Shown: positions 38,101-48,738, counted from the stretch's first letter. The stretch is DNA of 64,000 nucleotides from Dehalococcoidia bacterium (GCA_963667465.2 CAXXDN010000002.1:1120001-1184000); one strand, 5' to 3'. Notes: generated by a model not told the origin, from the sequence alone. A program made the numbers and translations.

Positions 38101-39718
38101 TCGAGTCGATCGCGGGGTTTGTGACCTGGGCGAACTTCTGCTTGAAGTAGGTGTAGAGCAGCCGGCTGGGATCGAACAGCGTGGACAGCGGCGTGTCCTC
38201 GCCCATGGAGCCCACCGGCTCCTTGCCCTCGCGCACCATCGGTTTGATGACGTACTCGATCTCCTCGCGGGTGTAGCCGTGCAGCGTCTGCCGGACGCGC
38301 ACGTCGTCGTCCGGGCGATCGCGGTGCAGGCCGTTCGCCGTGTCGAGGTAGCGGCTGAGGCTGTGCAGGTTGCGCCGCACCCAGTCGCCGTACGGACGCC
38401 GCGACGAGATCTCGCGCTTGATCTCCTCGTTGTGCAGGAAGCGCCGCCGTGCGGTGTCGACGGCGATCATCTCGCCCGGCCCAAGGCGTCCCGACTCGAC
38501 GATCTCGTCGAACGGCAGCTCGACGAGGCCAACCTCGGAGCCCATCACGACGGTGCCGTCGCGCATCACCTGGTAGCGGGCGGGGCGGAGGCCGTTGCGG
38601 TCCATGATCGCCGCGGCGACGGCGCCGTTGGTGAAGGCGACAGCCGCCGGGCCGTCCCATGGCTCCTGCAGACAGGCGTGGTACTCGTAGAACGCCCGTA
38701 GCTGGGGGTCCATGTTCGGCATGTTCTCCCAAGCCTCGGGGATTAGCATCATCATCGCGTGCAGGATGTCGCGGCCGGACGCGGTCAGGAGCTCAAGCGC
38801 CTCGTCGAGGGAGGCGGTGTCCGATCCGATCGGCCAGATCACCGGCAGCAGATCCTCGATCTGCTCACCCCAGACCGCCGAGGTCAGCTCGGGCTCGCGC
38901 GCGCTCATCCAGTTGCGGTTGCCGAGCAGCGTGTTGATCTCGCCGTTGTGCGCGACCAGCCGGAACGGCTGCGCCAGCTTCCAGTTCGGCAGCGTGTTCG
39001 TCGCGAAGCGCTGGTGGAACAGCGCCACCGAGGCGACCGTGCGCTCGTCCTCGAGGTCCGGGTAGAACGCCGCCAGCTGCGGCGCGACCATCAGCCCCTT
39101 GTAGACCACGATCTGCGAGGACATCGAAACCACGTAGCAGTCGATCGAGCGCTCGCGGAAGGCGCGCTCGGCCTGCCGTCTCGCCAGGTAGAGCGCGCGC
39201 TCGCAGTCCGCCCCGCCGAGGCCGGGGGGCCGCCGCAGCAGCAACTGCTCGATGCCGGGAAGCGACTCGAGCGCGAGCCCGCCGAGGACGGACGGGTCGT
39301 GCGGCGTCTCGCGCCAGCCGATGACATCTACGCCGCAGCCCACGACCGCCTGCTCGATGATCGTGCGCGCCTCGAGCTTGTCCGCCTCGTCCTGCGGGAG
39401 GAAGACCATCGCCACGGCGAGCTCATCGCGGCGGGTGAGGGTGTGGCCGAGCCGCTCCGCGTCCTCGCGCAGCAGCTCGAATGGAATCTGGATCGTGACG
39501 CCGGCGCCGTCGCCGGATGCGGCGTCGGCGGAGACAGCGCCGCGGTGGGTGAGGTTGACGACCGCCTCGACGGCAAGCTGCACGATTCGATGCGAGCGCT
39601 CGCCGTCGATGCGTGCGACGAAGCCGGTGCCGCAGGCGTCGTGATCCATCGACGGGTCGTACAACCCGCGCGAGGGAATGGTCGCCCCTGTCGCTGTACG
39701 CGACTCGATGCCACTCAC
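35168..39718 (-). CDS. gltB: Glutamate synthase large subunit
   Basis: HDACGTGF, HQRFATNT, HNGEIN, EPWDGPA, NTGEGGED, KQVASGRFGV, KPGEGGQLPG, C.MARQCH.NTCP, GXGXG domain. Confidence 0.97.
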   Translation of the reverse strand: MSGIESRTATGATIPSRGLYDPSMDHDACGTGFVARIDGERSHRIVQLAVEAVVNLTHRGAVSADAASGDGAGVTIQIPFELLREDAERLGHTLTRRDELAVAMVFLPQDEADKLEARTIIEQAVVGCGVDVIGWRETPHDPSVLGGLALESLPGIEQLLLRRPPGLGGADCERALYLARRQAERAFRERSIDCYVVSMSSQIVVYKGLMVAPQLAAFYPDLEDERTVASVALFHQRFATNTLPNWKLAQPFRLVAHNGEINTLLGNRNWMSAREPELTSAVWGEQIEDLLPVIWPIGSDTASLDEALELLTASGRDILHAMMMLIPEAWENMPNMDPQLRAFYEYHACLQEPWDGPAAVAFTNGAVAAAIMDRNGLRPARYQVMRDGTVVMGSEVGLVELPFDEIVESGRLGPGEMIAVDTARRRFLHNEEIKREISSRRPYGDWVRRNLHSLSRYLDTANGLHRDRPDDDVRVRQTLHGYTREEIEYVIKPMVREGKEPVGSMGEDTPLSTLFDPSRLLYTYFKQKFAQVTNPAIDSIREEIVMSLDTLLGRRHSLLETTPEAARLVHLTSPLMVDEEMAALRNTPIGTFALTTLHARFAAAEGPGGLRAALDDLCAAAELAVDEGHDVIVISDRLCDEQWAPIPMLLAVSTVHHHLIRTGRRMKTSLVAEAGDARDVHHFACLIGFGASAVNPYLAFETLRDLAHEGEFGEVELDQVMRQYQQAVDAGILKVMSKMGISAVSSYHGSQIFEALGISDEVIGRSFPGTTSRIAGITYDNIGRDILDRHTRAYPQAEMPHGGWYKYRRDGDYHAFEPKVWRALHKVVQDGGGEEEYREYSELVHSRPRTALRDALGFQSDRDPIDVSRVEPIGEVTRRFNTGAMSLGALSREAHEDIARAMNVLGGRSNTGEGGEDPRRYSPDGDLRDANSRVKQVASGRFGVTPAYLAAADELEIKIAQGSKPGEGGQLPGHKVSTYIASMRHVMEGTPLISPPPHHDIYSIEDLAQLIFDLKAVNPRARVCVKLVAAEGVGTIAAGVAKGYADIIQISGHDGGTGASPWSSIKYAGAPWELGLAETQQVLVANDLRGRVRLRTDGGMHTGRDVIVAAMLGAEEYGFGTSAMIAVGCKMARQCHINTCPVGVATQREDLRAKYFGTPEMVVKYLTHVGEEVRAILAELGFERLDEVIGRAELLKQLPPEGGKRGDGIDLANVLMPADPSGLEPRHSIQDRNDRGEPLLDDTIIADVRSAIAGGPPERRSYKIRNTDRTVGARLSGEIAMRYGNNGLPEGSIEISFNGSAGQSFGAFLSSGMRLHLVGEANDYVAKGMNGGEIVVRPPDDAGFIGTGTEAVLVGNTVLYGATGGHLFVAGSAGERFAVRNSGARAVVEGVGDHGCEYMTDGVIAILGRTGRNFGAGMSDGIAYVLDEEGDFRTRVNQELVGLEQVTTPDAIELLEMLIRRHLEMTGSPRARHILDQWRQYLPKFWKVAPKFALTEGGPMTVVRRHLEGLRAQTAV

Positions 39719-39984
39719 GGCACACGCCCTCCGGAACGGATCAACTCACCCCCACCGCAGGGGAGAAGTCTCCGAGGAATGCACAATCATAACCCACGCC
39801 CGGCACCGCCGTTGTGGGTGTTGCTTCGCGATCTCCTATTCTGCGCAAAATTTCACAAACTTTCAAGCGGTCGCCCCCCACCGCTCGCGCGGTGGCGGCA
39901 GCGTCACCTCGATGGAGACGGTGCGCAACTCCGTGAATGGAGCAACGGAGGGATCCGGATCGACCCTCCAGGCTGCCCCCTCCG

Positions 39985-40014
39985 CCCGTCATTCCGGCTC
40001 CCCGGAATGACGGG
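39985..40014. repeat. CGTC-type REP-like hairpin / possible terminator
   Basis: CCCGTCATTCCGG-CTCC-CCGGAATGACGGG, perfect 13-bp stem. Confidence 0.7.
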
Positions 40015-40061
40015 GTGGGAGAGCTGGTACGACGGGTCTGCAGAGGTCTCCGGCGGCGAGG

Positions 40062-41309
40062 CTAGCCGAGGTCCGGCGTCGGTCGCTCGTCCCACAGCAC
40101 CGCGCGCTCGACGAGCGCCTCGATCGCGTCGCCGTCGAGGCCGAGCATGTCGGCGAGGAGCGCCCTCGAGTCCTGGCCCATGTCCGGCGAGGTGCCCCGC
40201 ACCCCACCCGGAGTCCGCGAGAGCTTGATCGGCGTGTCCACGAGCGGGAGCGTGCCGAGCGTGTGGTGGTCCACAGGCTTGAGCATCCCGCGCGCCTCCA
40301 CCTGCGGCTGCGCCGCCGCCTCCGCGATGTTGTTGAGGGGTCCACAGGGAATCTCGTACGGGGTCAGCCGTTCCACCCACTCGTCCGTCGTCCGCTTGCG
40401 GAAGGCCTCGTTGAGCAGCGGCTCCAACTCCGCGTGGTTCGCCGAGCGCGCGTGCGCCTCGGCGAAGCGCGGGTCGTCGATGAGCTCGACGATCTCCAGC
40501 TCCGAACAGAGCAGCGCCCACTGGTTCGGCACACCCCAGGCGAGGGCGACGACGATGTAGCCGTCCGCTGTCGGGAAGGCCTGGAACGGCACGGCCCAGG
40601 AGTGGCGCGTGCCCAGCGGCCGGGGCAACTCACCGGTAAGGTGGTAGCGCAGGAAGGCGTTCTCCTGGACCGCCAGCTGACAGTCGAGCATCGAGATGTC
40701 GACGAGCTGGCCTCGGCCGGACGTCTCGCGCTCGCGCAGCGCCGCGAGGATGCCGACGGCGCCGAACAGCCCGCCCGCGATGTCGGCGAGCGAGAGGCCT
40801 GGCTTGAGCGGCGGCCCGTCCGGCTCGCCGGTGACGGACATCACCCCGCCCGCGCCCTGGATCACCACGTCGAGGGCCGGCCGATCGCGCATCGGCCCGG
40901 TCTGCCCGTACCCGGAGATGGCGGCGTAGATCAGGCCCGGATGGACCTCGGCGAGCCGCTCGTAGCCGAGGCCGAGGCGCTCCAGCGTGCCCGGCCGGAA
41001 GTTCTCCACCAGCACGTCGAACTGCGGCACGAGCTGCAGGAACAGCTCGCGCCCCTCCTCCTGTTTGAGGTCGATCGCGATGCTGCGCTTGCCTCGATTG
41101 ACGCTGAAGAAGTAGCCGGACTCGCCATCGAGGAGCGGTCCCGTGGTGCGGGCGACGTCCCCGAAGGGCGGGCGCTCGCACTTCACCACCTCCGCGCCAA
41201 GGTCGCAGAGGATCATCGTGCAGTACGGGCCGGCGAGCACCCAGCTCAGGTCGAGCACGCGCAGGCCGCTCAGCGGACCGCCGGTCATCGAGGCTCCCTC
41301 CGCCATCAC
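40062..41309 (-). CDS. Family III CoA-transferase (CaiB/BaiF)
   Basis: PLSGLRVLDLS..LAGP, NRGKRSI, ENFRPG, SGYGQTGP, LADIAGG, GRGQLVD. Confidence 0.93.
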   Translation of the reverse strand: MMAEGASMTGGPLSGLRVLDLSWVLAGPYCTMILCDLGAEVVKCERPPFGDVARTTGPLLDGESGYFFSVNRGKRSIAIDLKQEEGRELFLQLVPQFDVLVENFRPGTLERLGLGYERLAEVHPGLIYAAISGYGQTGPMRDRPALDVVIQGAGGVMSVTGEPDGPPLKPGLSLADIAGGLFGAVGILAALRERETSGRGQLVDISMLDCQLAVQENAFLRYHLTGELPRPLGTRHSWAVPFQAFPTADGYIVVALAWGVPNQWALLCSELEIVELIDDPRFAEAHARSANHAELEPLLNEAFRKRTTDEWVERLTPYEIPCGPLNNIAEAAAQPQVEARGMLKPVDHHTLGTLPLVDTPIKLSRTPGGVRGTSPDMGQDSRALLADMLGLDGDAIEALVERAVLWDERPTPDLG

Positions 41310-42217
41310 ACTCCCGCGGCGTCGCGCCGCACGAGGCTGAGCCCGCCCCGCAGGGCGACATACACGCCCGCGAGGAGCAACGCGGCGCCGAGCGCCTCAA
41401 GCAGTGTAGGCCGCTCGCCGAGGAGCGTCGCGCCAATCGCGGTCGCGCCCACCGGCTCGCCGAGCACCGCGACGGCGACGACCGCCGCCGGCAGCGAGCC
41501 GAGCGCCCAGGTCAGCGCGCCGTGCCCCATCAGCTGCGGAACGAGCGCGAGCAGCACGATGAAGATGTAGGCCTCGGCGCCCCAGCCGAGCAGCGATTCG
41601 CCGCTCGCGGCCAGCGCGACCAGCAGCGCGACCGCGGCGATCGCGTTGACCAGCGCCGCGTAGCTGACGTTCGACAGCCTCGCGCGGACGCGCCGCCCCG
41701 CGACGAGGTAGATCGAGGCGAAGACGGCGCCGAGGGCGGCGAAGGCGTCGCCGCGCAGCGAGACGCCGTCGCCGAGGTCGGAGCCCGCCAGCAGCAGCGC
41801 TCCGGCGGCGGCGCTGGCGATCGCGATGAGCAGCGCCCGCGTGGGCCGCTCCCGAAGCCACAGCCAGGCGCCGAGGCCGACGATCAGCGGCTGTGTCGCG
41901 ACGATCGCCGTACTGGCGGCGATCGTCGTGTCCTGCAGCGAGGCGACCCAGAAGCCGAAGTGTGCGGCGAGCGCGAGCCCCGCGAGCAGCAGCAGGCCTG
42001 CGTCGCGGCGGCCGAGCAGGCTCAACTCCTCGCGCCGGCGCAGGCCGGCGAGCGCGAGGAGCGGGAGCGCCGCGAACGTCATCCGCAGCGAGGCCACAAC
42101 CAGCGGCGGGGCGTCCGCCAGCCGAATCAGCGGCGCGGCCCAGGAGAGCGCGGCCACTCCCACGAGCAGCACGATCCACTCGTGCGACGCCGCGCGTCCA
42201 GGCAAGGTCCTGACCAT
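41306..42217 (-). CDS. DMT/EamA-family transporter, copy 1
   Basis: Ten-TM hydrophobic pattern; LAAHFGFW, TQPL, GH..LTWAL, LGEPV. Confidence 0.9.
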   Translation of the reverse strand: MVRTLPGRAASHEWIVLLVGVAALSWAAPLIRLADAPPLVVASLRMTFAALPLLALAGLRRREELSLLGRRDAGLLLLAGLALAAHFGFWVASLQDTTIAASTAIVATQPLIVGLGAWLWLRERPTRALLIAIASAAAGALLLAGSDLGDGVSLRGDAFAALGAVFASIYLVAGRRVRARLSNVSYAALVNAIAAVALLVALAASGESLLGWGAEAYIFIVLLALVPQLMGHGALTWALGSLPAAVVAVAVLGEPVGATAIGATLLGERPTLLEALGAALLLAGVYVALRGGLSLVRRDAAGV

Positions 42218-42243
42218 GGGGCGACGCTAGCAGGTACGCGCGC

Positions 42244-43164
42244 TCACGAGGGCGCTCCATCCTCGCCCTCGCGCGTTACGAGGCGCAGCCCGCCCCGCAG
42301 GGCGACGTACACGCCGACCAGCAGCAGCGCGGCGCCGAGGGCTTCGAGCAGCGTCGGCCGCTCGTCGAGGAGCGTCGCGCCGATCGCGGTCGCCCCAACC
42401 GGCTCGCCGAGCGCGGCCACCGCGACGACGGCGGCGGGCAACGAGCCGAGGGCCCAGGTGAAGGCCCCGTGCCCGATGAGTTGCGGCAGCAGCGCGAGCA
42501 GCACGATCAGGATGTAGGCCTCGGCGCCCCAGCCGAGCAGCGATTCGCCGCTCGCCGCCAGCGCGACCAGCAGCACGATCGCACCGATCGCGTTGGCCAG
42601 CGCGAAGTAGCTGACGTTCGAGAGCCTCGCCCGGATCCGCCTGCCCGCGATGAGGTAGATCGAGGCGCAGACAGCGCCCAGCGCCGCGAAGGCATCCCCG
42701 CGCAGCGAGACGCCGTCGCCCAGGTCGGCGCCCGCCAGCACCAGCGCCCCGCCCGCGGCGATGGCGATGCCGATCAGCAGCGGGCGCGTCGGCTGCTCAC
42801 CGAGCGCGACCCAGGCGCCGAGCCCGACGATCAGCGGCTGCGTCGCGATGATCGTGGTGGCCGCGGCGATCGAGGTGTCCTGCACCGAGGCGGTCCAGAA
42901 CCCGACGTAGCCAGCGAGAGCCAGTCCCGCGAGCGCCAGCAGCGCCGCGTCGCGGCTGCCGAGCAGCCTCAGCTCTTCGCGGCGTCGCAGGGCGGAGCTG
43001 GCGAGCAGCGGGAGCGCCGCCAGCGCGAGCCGCAACGAGGCGATCACCAGCGGCGGGGCGTCCGTCAGGCGGACCAGCGGCGCGGCCCAGGCGAACCCCA
43101 CCACCCCCACGAGCAGCACGATCCATTCGCGCCCCGCCACGCCCTCGCGCCAGGCTCTGTTCAT
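42244..43164 (-). CDS. DMT/EamA-family transporter, copy 2 (tandem duplicate)
   Basis: Near-colinear, highly similar paralogue of 41306-42217. Confidence 0.9.
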   Translation of the reverse strand: MNRAWREGVAGREWIVLLVGVVGFAWAAPLVRLTDAPPLVIASLRLALAALPLLASSALRRREELRLLGSRDAALLALAGLALAGYVGFWTASVQDTSIAAATTIIATQPLIVGLGAWVALGEQPTRPLLIGIAIAAGGALVLAGADLGDGVSLRGDAFAALGAVCASIYLIAGRRIRARLSNVSYFALANAIGAIVLLVALAASGESLLGWGAEAYILIVLLALLPQLIGHGAFTWALGSLPAAVVAVAALGEPVGATAIGATLLDERPTLLEALGAALLLVGVYVALRGGLRLVTREGEDGAPS

Positions 43165-43214
43165 GCGGCGACGCTAGCAGGTGCGGCCCCTACTGGCCGG
43201 AGGATCGCGGAGTG

Positions 43215-44111
43215 CTAGCTCTCGCCCCCGTGCTCGGCGAGAACGCTCTCGATCATGTCGCGCAACTCGTTGCTCCGTGGGGCCAGGAAGAGGGTGTCCA
43301 CGACCTCGTTCGAGTTGGGCTCGAGGGTCGCGAAGTTGGGGTGGTAGCTGAAGCCAAGACCCATCCCAAACGCCTTCTCCTCAGGGATGTCCCAGTCGAG
43401 GATTACGAAGTTCACCTGGTCCTGGAATTCGAGTCGCAGCCTGTTCACGACAGGCCGTGCGCGGTTGCAGTTCGGTCACCAGATCGCATCGAGGAAGACG
43501 AAGGTCGGCTTCCCGTTCACCGGGAGGTACGCGCCCGTCGAGTCCACGTGCGTGCTCGGCGGCTCGTAGTCGGCCGCGACCAGCTGGGCTGGCCCGGTTG
43601 GGAAGTCGTAGCTCGGCTCAGGCGTCGCGGTCGGCGTGGGCTCAGGCGTCGCGGTCGGCGTCGGCTCAGGCGTCGCGGTCGGTGTCGGCTCAGGCGTCGC
43701 GGTCGGTGTTGGCTCTGGCGTCGCGGTCGGTGTTGGCTCTGGCGTCGCGGTCGGTGTTGGCTCTGGCGTCGCGGTCGGCGTGGGTTCGGGCGTCGCGGTC
43801 GGTGTTGGCTCTGGCGTCGCGGTCGGTGTTGGCTCTGGCGTCGCGGTCGGCGTGGGTTCGGGCGTCGCGGTCGGCGTGGGTTCGGGCGTCGCGGTCGGCG
43901 TGGGTTCGGGCGTCGCGGTCGGTGTTGGCTCAGGCGTCGCGGCCGGCGTCGCCTCCGCTATCGCCGTCGCGACTACCGCCGAGGGCGTCGCCGTCGCGGC
44001 GGGGGTGGTCTCGGCCTCGTCGCCGCCGGAGCAGGCCGCCGCAAGCGCCGCGCAGGCGAGGGCCAGCGGCGCGAGGTGCAGAACTCGCAGGTGACGCTGG
44101 ATGCGCTGCAT
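43215..44111 (-). CDS. Thioredoxin-fold lipoprotein A, probable selenoprotein (W-U-P-N-C), with Pro/Thr repeat stalk
   Basis: GAGGTG RBS; lipobox LAAAC; ORFs 43476-44132 and 43215-43448 in frame across TGA 43476-43478: [41 protein letters not shown]. Confidence 0.85.
43439..43455 (-). promoter_or_regulatory. SECIS-like hairpin A
   Basis: GCCTGT-CGTGA-ACAGGC at +21..+37 after the UGA. Confidence 0.75.
43615..43950 (-). repeat. 24-bp tandem repeat, 13 full units plus one variant (TPEPTPTA)
   Basis: Units ggctcaggcgtcgcggtcggcgtg with synonymous variants, period 24. Confidence 0.95.
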
Positions 44112-44118
44112 CAGCACC

Positions 44119-44562
44119 TCAGGCTGGCTCAATCAGCTGGATCGCACCCGCCTCGACGAGCTGCACGCACTCGCAGGGCGTCATGCCGGGCAACGACTCC
44201 TCGCCGGGCTGCATCCGCTCGAGGCTGTCGGCGATCGTCGTGATCTGCTCGCGCGAGCGTTCCAGTTCCTCGATGCGGTCGTCGAGCTGCCCGACGGCCT
44301 CGGCGAGCGTCCGGCTGAGCACCGTGCGAATGTCCCCGCAGGTGCCATCGTGCGCAAGGCCGAGCACCGTGCCCATCTCTTTGAGCGACAGGCCGAGGCC
44401 GCGCAGCCCGACGGCGAGCCGCAGCGTCTCAACATGCTGCTCGCTGTAGTCGCGGTAGCCGTTCGCCCGTCGCGGGGGCGAGGGCAGCACGCCCTGCCGC
44501 TCGTAGAAGCGGATCGTGTCGGCGCTGAGGCCGCTGGCGGTGGCGGCTTGCTGGATATTCAT
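44119..44562 (-). CDS. MerR-family transcriptional regulator, metal-sensing type
   Basis: [32 protein letters not shown]; Cys at start of dimerisation helix (GTCGD) and C-terminal CEC. Confidence 0.9.
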   Translation of the reverse strand: MNIQQAATASGLSADTIRFYERQGVLPSPPRRANGYRDYSEQHVETLRLAVGLRGLGLSLKEMGTVLGLAHDGTCGDIRTVLSRTLAEAVGQLDDRIEELERSREQITTIADSLERMQPGEESLPGMTPCECVQLVEAGAIQLIEPA

Positions 44563-44629
44563 CCGGTTCGCCCGCTCCCGTTCTCGTCGCCGTTAAGGAT
44601 ACGCCGCCACGAAGCGCCCGTGGCGCCGG

Positions 44630-45163
44630 CTACCCACCCTGGCCGGCGATCGCGTCATCGAGAAGCTCGCGCAGCGCCACCTCGCGCAGCGGGCCGAAGG
44701 TCGTCTTCAGCACATCGCCCGCGTCGGGTGCGACCATCGCGAAGGAGGGGTGTCGGCCGACGCCCAGCTCGCGGGCCAGGTCGCGCTCCGCCCCGATGTC
44801 GAAGTCGAGGATCACGAAGTTGATCCGGTCCTGGTATTCCTCCCGAAGCCCGTGCACGACGGGCCGCGCGATCGCGCAGGTCGGTCACCAGATCGCATCG
44901 ACGAAGACGAGCGTCGGTTTCCCGTTCGAGGGCACATAGGCGCCGGTGGAGTCGACCTGCTCTGACGAGTATTGGAAGTCGGCAGGCACGAGCACTGCCG
45001 GGCCCGTGGGGAAGGCCCCGTCCGCTGCGGCTGTGGCGGCGGACGACCCCGCGGATGGCGCGGGCGCGCCCTCGTCACCGCCGGAGCAAGCGGCGATCAG
45101 CGCCAGACCGGCGAGGAGCGCGAACACGATGCTGAGAGTTCGCGGGATGCTCATGCGCTCCAT
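44630..45163 (-). CDS. Thioredoxin-fold lipoprotein B, probable selenoprotein (W-U-P-T-C)
   Basis: GGAGGT RBS; lipobox LIAAC; in frame across TGA 44885-44887: GKPTLVFVDAIW-U-PTCAIARPVVHGL..RINFVILDFD..RHPSF. Confidence 0.85.
44848..44864 (-). promoter_or_regulatory. SECIS-like hairpin B
   Basis: GCCCGT-CGTGC-ACGGGC at +21..+37 after the UGA. Confidence 0.75.
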
Positions 45164-45242
45164 ACCTCCCTCGCCCGGGGTGCTGGCTGCTGATGATCTC
45201 CGGGATCAAGGATATGACGCGACGCGGTTGTGCGGAGCGCGG

Positions 45243-45836
45243 TTATCCCTCGTAGCGTGCGATCAGGGCGTCGAGCATGCCGCGCAGCTTGGGCTCACGC
45301 TGCGCCCCGAAGACCCGCGCGATCACCTCGGCCGAGTCGGGCGCGATCAGCAGGTAGGCGGGTGTGCCCGAGTAGCCGAGCGCGCGCGCCAGCCTGTCGT
45401 CCTCGCGGTCGTCGACATCCAGCACGACGAAGTTCACCTGGTCCTGGTATTCCGTTCGGAGCCCATGCACGATGGGCCGCGCGATCTCGCAGAACTGTCA
45501 CCAGATCGCATCGACGAACACCAGCGTCGGCTTCCCGTTCGAGGGTATGTAGGCCCCCGTCGAGGCGACGCGGTCCTCGGGCGGCTCGAAGTCGGCGGCG
45601 ACCAGCACGGGAGGGCCGGTCGGGAAGGCGTAGCTCTCCGGCGTCGGCGTGGGCGAGGGCGGCGCCGTCGCCTCGGGAACGACCGTCGTGGCGGGAGTCG
45701 CCGTCGTGACGGCCGGCTGCGGCGTAGCCATGGACGCGGGTGCATCCCCACCCGTGCAGGCGGCGGCGAGCGCCAGCGACGCGAGGGCCGGGATCAGCAA
45801 GCGCCGTACGCGGGATTGCAGCATCGACTCGATCAT
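45243..45836 (-). CDS. Thioredoxin-fold lipoprotein C, probable selenoprotein (W-U-Q-F-C); start uncertain
   Basis: Lipobox LAAAC; in frame across TGA 45498-45500: GKPTLVFVDAIW-U-QFCEIARPIVHGL..QVNFVVLDVD..GTPAY. Confidence 0.85.
45461..45477 (-). promoter_or_regulatory. SECIS-like hairpin C
   Basis: GCCCAT-CGTGC-ATGGGC at +21..+37 after the UGA. Confidence 0.75.
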
Positions 45837-45861
45837 ACTCCCCGGGGTGAGGCCCGACACG

Positions 45862-46500
45862 CTACTCGTACGTGCCTCCGGCCGTGTCGGCGTCCGCTAC
45901 GCCCACCTCGAGCAGGTGGCCGACGACAGTGCCGAGGGCGGTCGTGCGCACGATCCCGTCGCGGTCGATGAAGAACGTCGCCGGCAGCGCTTCCACGCCG
46001 TAGCGCCGCGCCACCTCGCCGCCCGCGGTGTCGAAGAGTATCGGGAAGGTCAGCCCGAACTCGTCGACGAAGGCCTCGGCCGCCGCCAGCGTGTCCTCCG
46101 GCAGCAGATTCACGGCGAGGATCACGAGGTCGTCGGGACCGCCTGGGCCGCGCTCCTCCCACAGTTCCTGAAAGTCCGGCAGCTCGCGGCGGCAGGGCGC
46201 GCACCAGCTCGCCCAGAAGTTCAGCACCACGGTCTTGCCTCGAAAGTCGGAGAGCCGCAGCGCGCCGCCGCCCAGCGCGTTCAGCAGGAAGTCGGGCGCC
46301 GGCCGGTCGACATCCACGAGCGCATCGTCCAGCAGCCCGATCGTGGCCCGCCGGGGCGTCGGGGTCGCCGTCGCGACGGCGGTCGCGGCCTCGGTTGCAG
46401 TTGCGGCAGGCTCGGGGCCGCCATCCCCGCAGGCGGCCGCGATCAGGGCCGCGCAGGCCAACGCCAGCAGACGGGCGTACGTCGAACGGCCTGACGCCAT
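45862..46500 (-). CDS. TlpA/ResA-like thiol-disulfide oxidoreductase, lipoprotein
   Basis: Lipobox IAAAC; [42 protein letters not shown]. Confidence 0.92.
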   Translation of the reverse strand: MASGRSTYARLLALACAALIAAACGDGGPEPAATATEAATAVATATPTPRRATIGLLDDALVDVDRPAPDFLLNALGGGALRLSDFRGKTVVLNFWASWCAPCRRELPDFQELWEERGPGGPDDLVILAVNLLPEDTLAAAEAFVDEFGLTFPILFDTAGGEVARRYGVEALPATFFIDRDGIVRTTALGTVVGHLLEVGVADADTAGGTYE

Positions 46501-46524
46501 CCCAACTCCGCGCCGAGGCTACAC

Positions 46525-47121
46525 CTAGCCTCCGCCGCCGGCGTCCGCCTTCGCTACCCCCGTGGGCAGCAGGTTGCCGAAGACCGGGCCGTAGTTTACC
46601 GAGCGCACCACGCCCTCGCGGTCGATGAAGAACGTCGCCGGCAGCCCGCGCACACGGTAGCGGTCCGCCACCGCGCCGTCCGCGGTGTCGAACAGCACGG
46701 GGAAGGTGAACCCGTTGCCCTCGATGAACTCGCGGGCGTCGGTCATCGTGTCCTGCACGAGGAAGTCGAGCGCGATCATCACGAGGTCGTCCGAGCCGTC
46801 CTCGCCGCGCTCGTCCCAGAGCTCTTGGAACTCAGGCATCTCCTCGCGGCAGGGGGGGCACCAGCTCGCCCAGAAGTTGAGCACCACCGTCTTGCCCCGG
46901 AAGTCGGCGAGCATGACGGTCTCGCCCTCGAGGTTCGTCAGCGCGAAGTTCGGCGCTGGCTCGTCGATGGCCACCGTGAGGTCGTCGAGCAGGCCGATCT
47001 CGACCATCACTCCCTCGCTCGTCATGCCCTCCTCGACGCCCGGGTCGATGAACTCGCGTTGCACGAACAGCGCGGCGATCACCGCCACGATCAGGAAGGC
47101 GAGCCTTCTGTTCTCCTGCAT
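46525..47121 (-). CDS. TlpA/ResA-like thiol-disulfide oxidoreductase, membrane-anchored
   Basis: N-terminal TM; [42 protein letters not shown]. Confidence 0.92.
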   Translation of the reverse strand: MQENRRLAFLIVAVIAALFVQREFIDPGVEEGMTSEGVMVEIGLLDDLTVAIDEPAPNFALTNLEGETVMLADFRGKTVVLNFWASWCPPCREEMPEFQELWDERGEDGSDDLVMIALDFLVQDTMTDAREFIEGNGFTFPVLFDTADGAVADRYRVRGLPATFFIDREGVVRSVNYGPVFGNLLPTGVAKADAGGGG

Positions 47122-47168
47122 TACCGCACCCCTTCCTGATGACGCCCGCAGCACGGGCGCAGCCCCCG

Positions 47169-48527
<1,359 letters not shown>

Positions 48528-48738
48528 GCTGCCCTCTCATACCCCTCGCAGGCAGCGCCCGGGACGGGGACGCACTGCACGTTCGCGATGCCGCGACCTC
48601 CCGTGATCCGCCCTCGTTTCCCGCGACTCCATGATACGTCTCGCCACGCCTGACGGCGGCGATCCGGCGGGGCTGGTGGCCTCGATCCCTCGCGACTACG
48701 ATGGCGCTGATCGAGGACGGCGGCGCGAGGAGGGGCCC

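Noticed and set aside
43615-43950. Repeat array as a CRISPR
   Set aside because: Contiguous 24-bp units with no spacers, in frame within a CDS, and no cas genes nearby
43215-45836. The TGA-split thioredoxins as nonsense pseudogenes or evidence of a reassigned genetic code
   Set aside because: The TGA occurs at the same catalytic position in three diverged paralogues with intact downstream frames and covarying hairpins. Many other genes in the window end normally at TGA, and TGG is used for Trp.
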